A program made the position numbers and the translations under genes. Positions 23,510 to 24,167 of a stretch of DNA of 24,167 nucleotides are shown here, one piece after another. Origin of the DNA: Ginkgo biloba (lineage: Eukaryota > Plantae > Ginkgophyta); assembly GCA_024626585.2 (NCBI GenBank), contig JANKJI020000002.1, positions 255,481,452 through 255,505,618 of the forward strand, read 5' to 3'. Below the pieces are notes generated by a model. It saw only the letters and a program-made list of their open reading frames with translations, made no database searches and had not been told where the DNA came from. Every line of letters begins with the position of its first letter. The stretch's first letter is position 1.

Positions 23510-24115
23510 CCTTAATGATAGAACCATATTTATGTTAATTTATTATCATGAATATTATGTTATCTATAATCTTTATGATGGTGGAATAACATATCTCCAC
23601 TAAGAATAATCTTCATAATGGTATATAGACATAGCTACAACACCATAAAGGTAATCCAATCCAACATGGACATGTGTCCACTAATAAGGATAATTTCAAA
23701 ATTAACATGGAGATACTTTCTTAAAAAGTCTTATTTTATATATAATAATATGTATATATATCATTATCTATAAAAGTAGTAATTTAATTTGTCCTATAAC
23801 ATAATTATAATATAAATATCTATGATGGAAGACCTATGTATAAACTTTATTTAACTTCATGATGATGGAACCATAACCATATTGAATTTAATCACCTCTT
23901 TTATGGTGGACCCAATTTGATCCACCATATTTAAAATGGTTAATATATGTTCGTTCTTAATATTTATAGTGGTGGAATAACATGGATATACCATTATAGA
24001 GGTAATCATATTTGAAATATACATTTATCCACCATTATATCCAACTAGAAAGTCATTTTCTTATTATTCATATATTAGTATTGGTATCGGTGTACATGGA
24101 CATGAATCCATCTTT
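23510..24115. repeat. Degenerate repeat array with TG(A/G)TGGA-type cores
   Basis: tggtggaataacat at 23579 and 23970; ggtaatc at about 23650 and 24001; catggacatg at about 23666 and 24096; further atgatggaa/atggtggac variants. Confidence 0.5.
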
Positions 24116-24167
24116 ATAGACATAATAAAAGTTGACAAAGATTTGGGTTTGAATAGTATATAGATTT

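Noticed and set aside
1-24167. CRISPR array, prokaryotic operon, tRNA/rRNA genes or a functional actin gene
   Set aside because: No regularly spaced repeats, long ORFs or structural RNA signatures were seen. The TGGTATCAGA motifs are PBSs, not tRNAs, and the actin is truncated with stops.

Overview
AT-rich eukaryotic DNA from a gappy draft scaffold (many gaps of exactly 100 N). CG and CHG (CAG/CTG) sites are visibly depleted, pointing to methylated plant DNA; a large-genome seed plant such as a gymnosperm is my inference. No intact gene is present, and the supplied ORFs are N-spanning or shadow ORFs. Hand translation through stops and frameshifts shows a transposon graveyard: four to five degenerate L1-type LINE remnants in alternating orientation (2.4-17.0 kb), two Ty3/Gypsy pol 3' remnants with polypurine tracts, and two LTR-end + tRNA-iMet primer-binding-site junctions (15249, 19669). 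The standout feature is missing from the ORF track. About 280 bp downstream of the second PBS, where gag should start, lies an intronless plant actin N-terminus (codons 1-64, traces to about 73). It appears to run into a Glu-rich coiled-coil repeat and a weakly gag-like segment, suggesting an LTR retroelement that captured spliced actin mRNA as the start of its first ORF. All homology calls are by eye from remembered family motifs; no database search was run.
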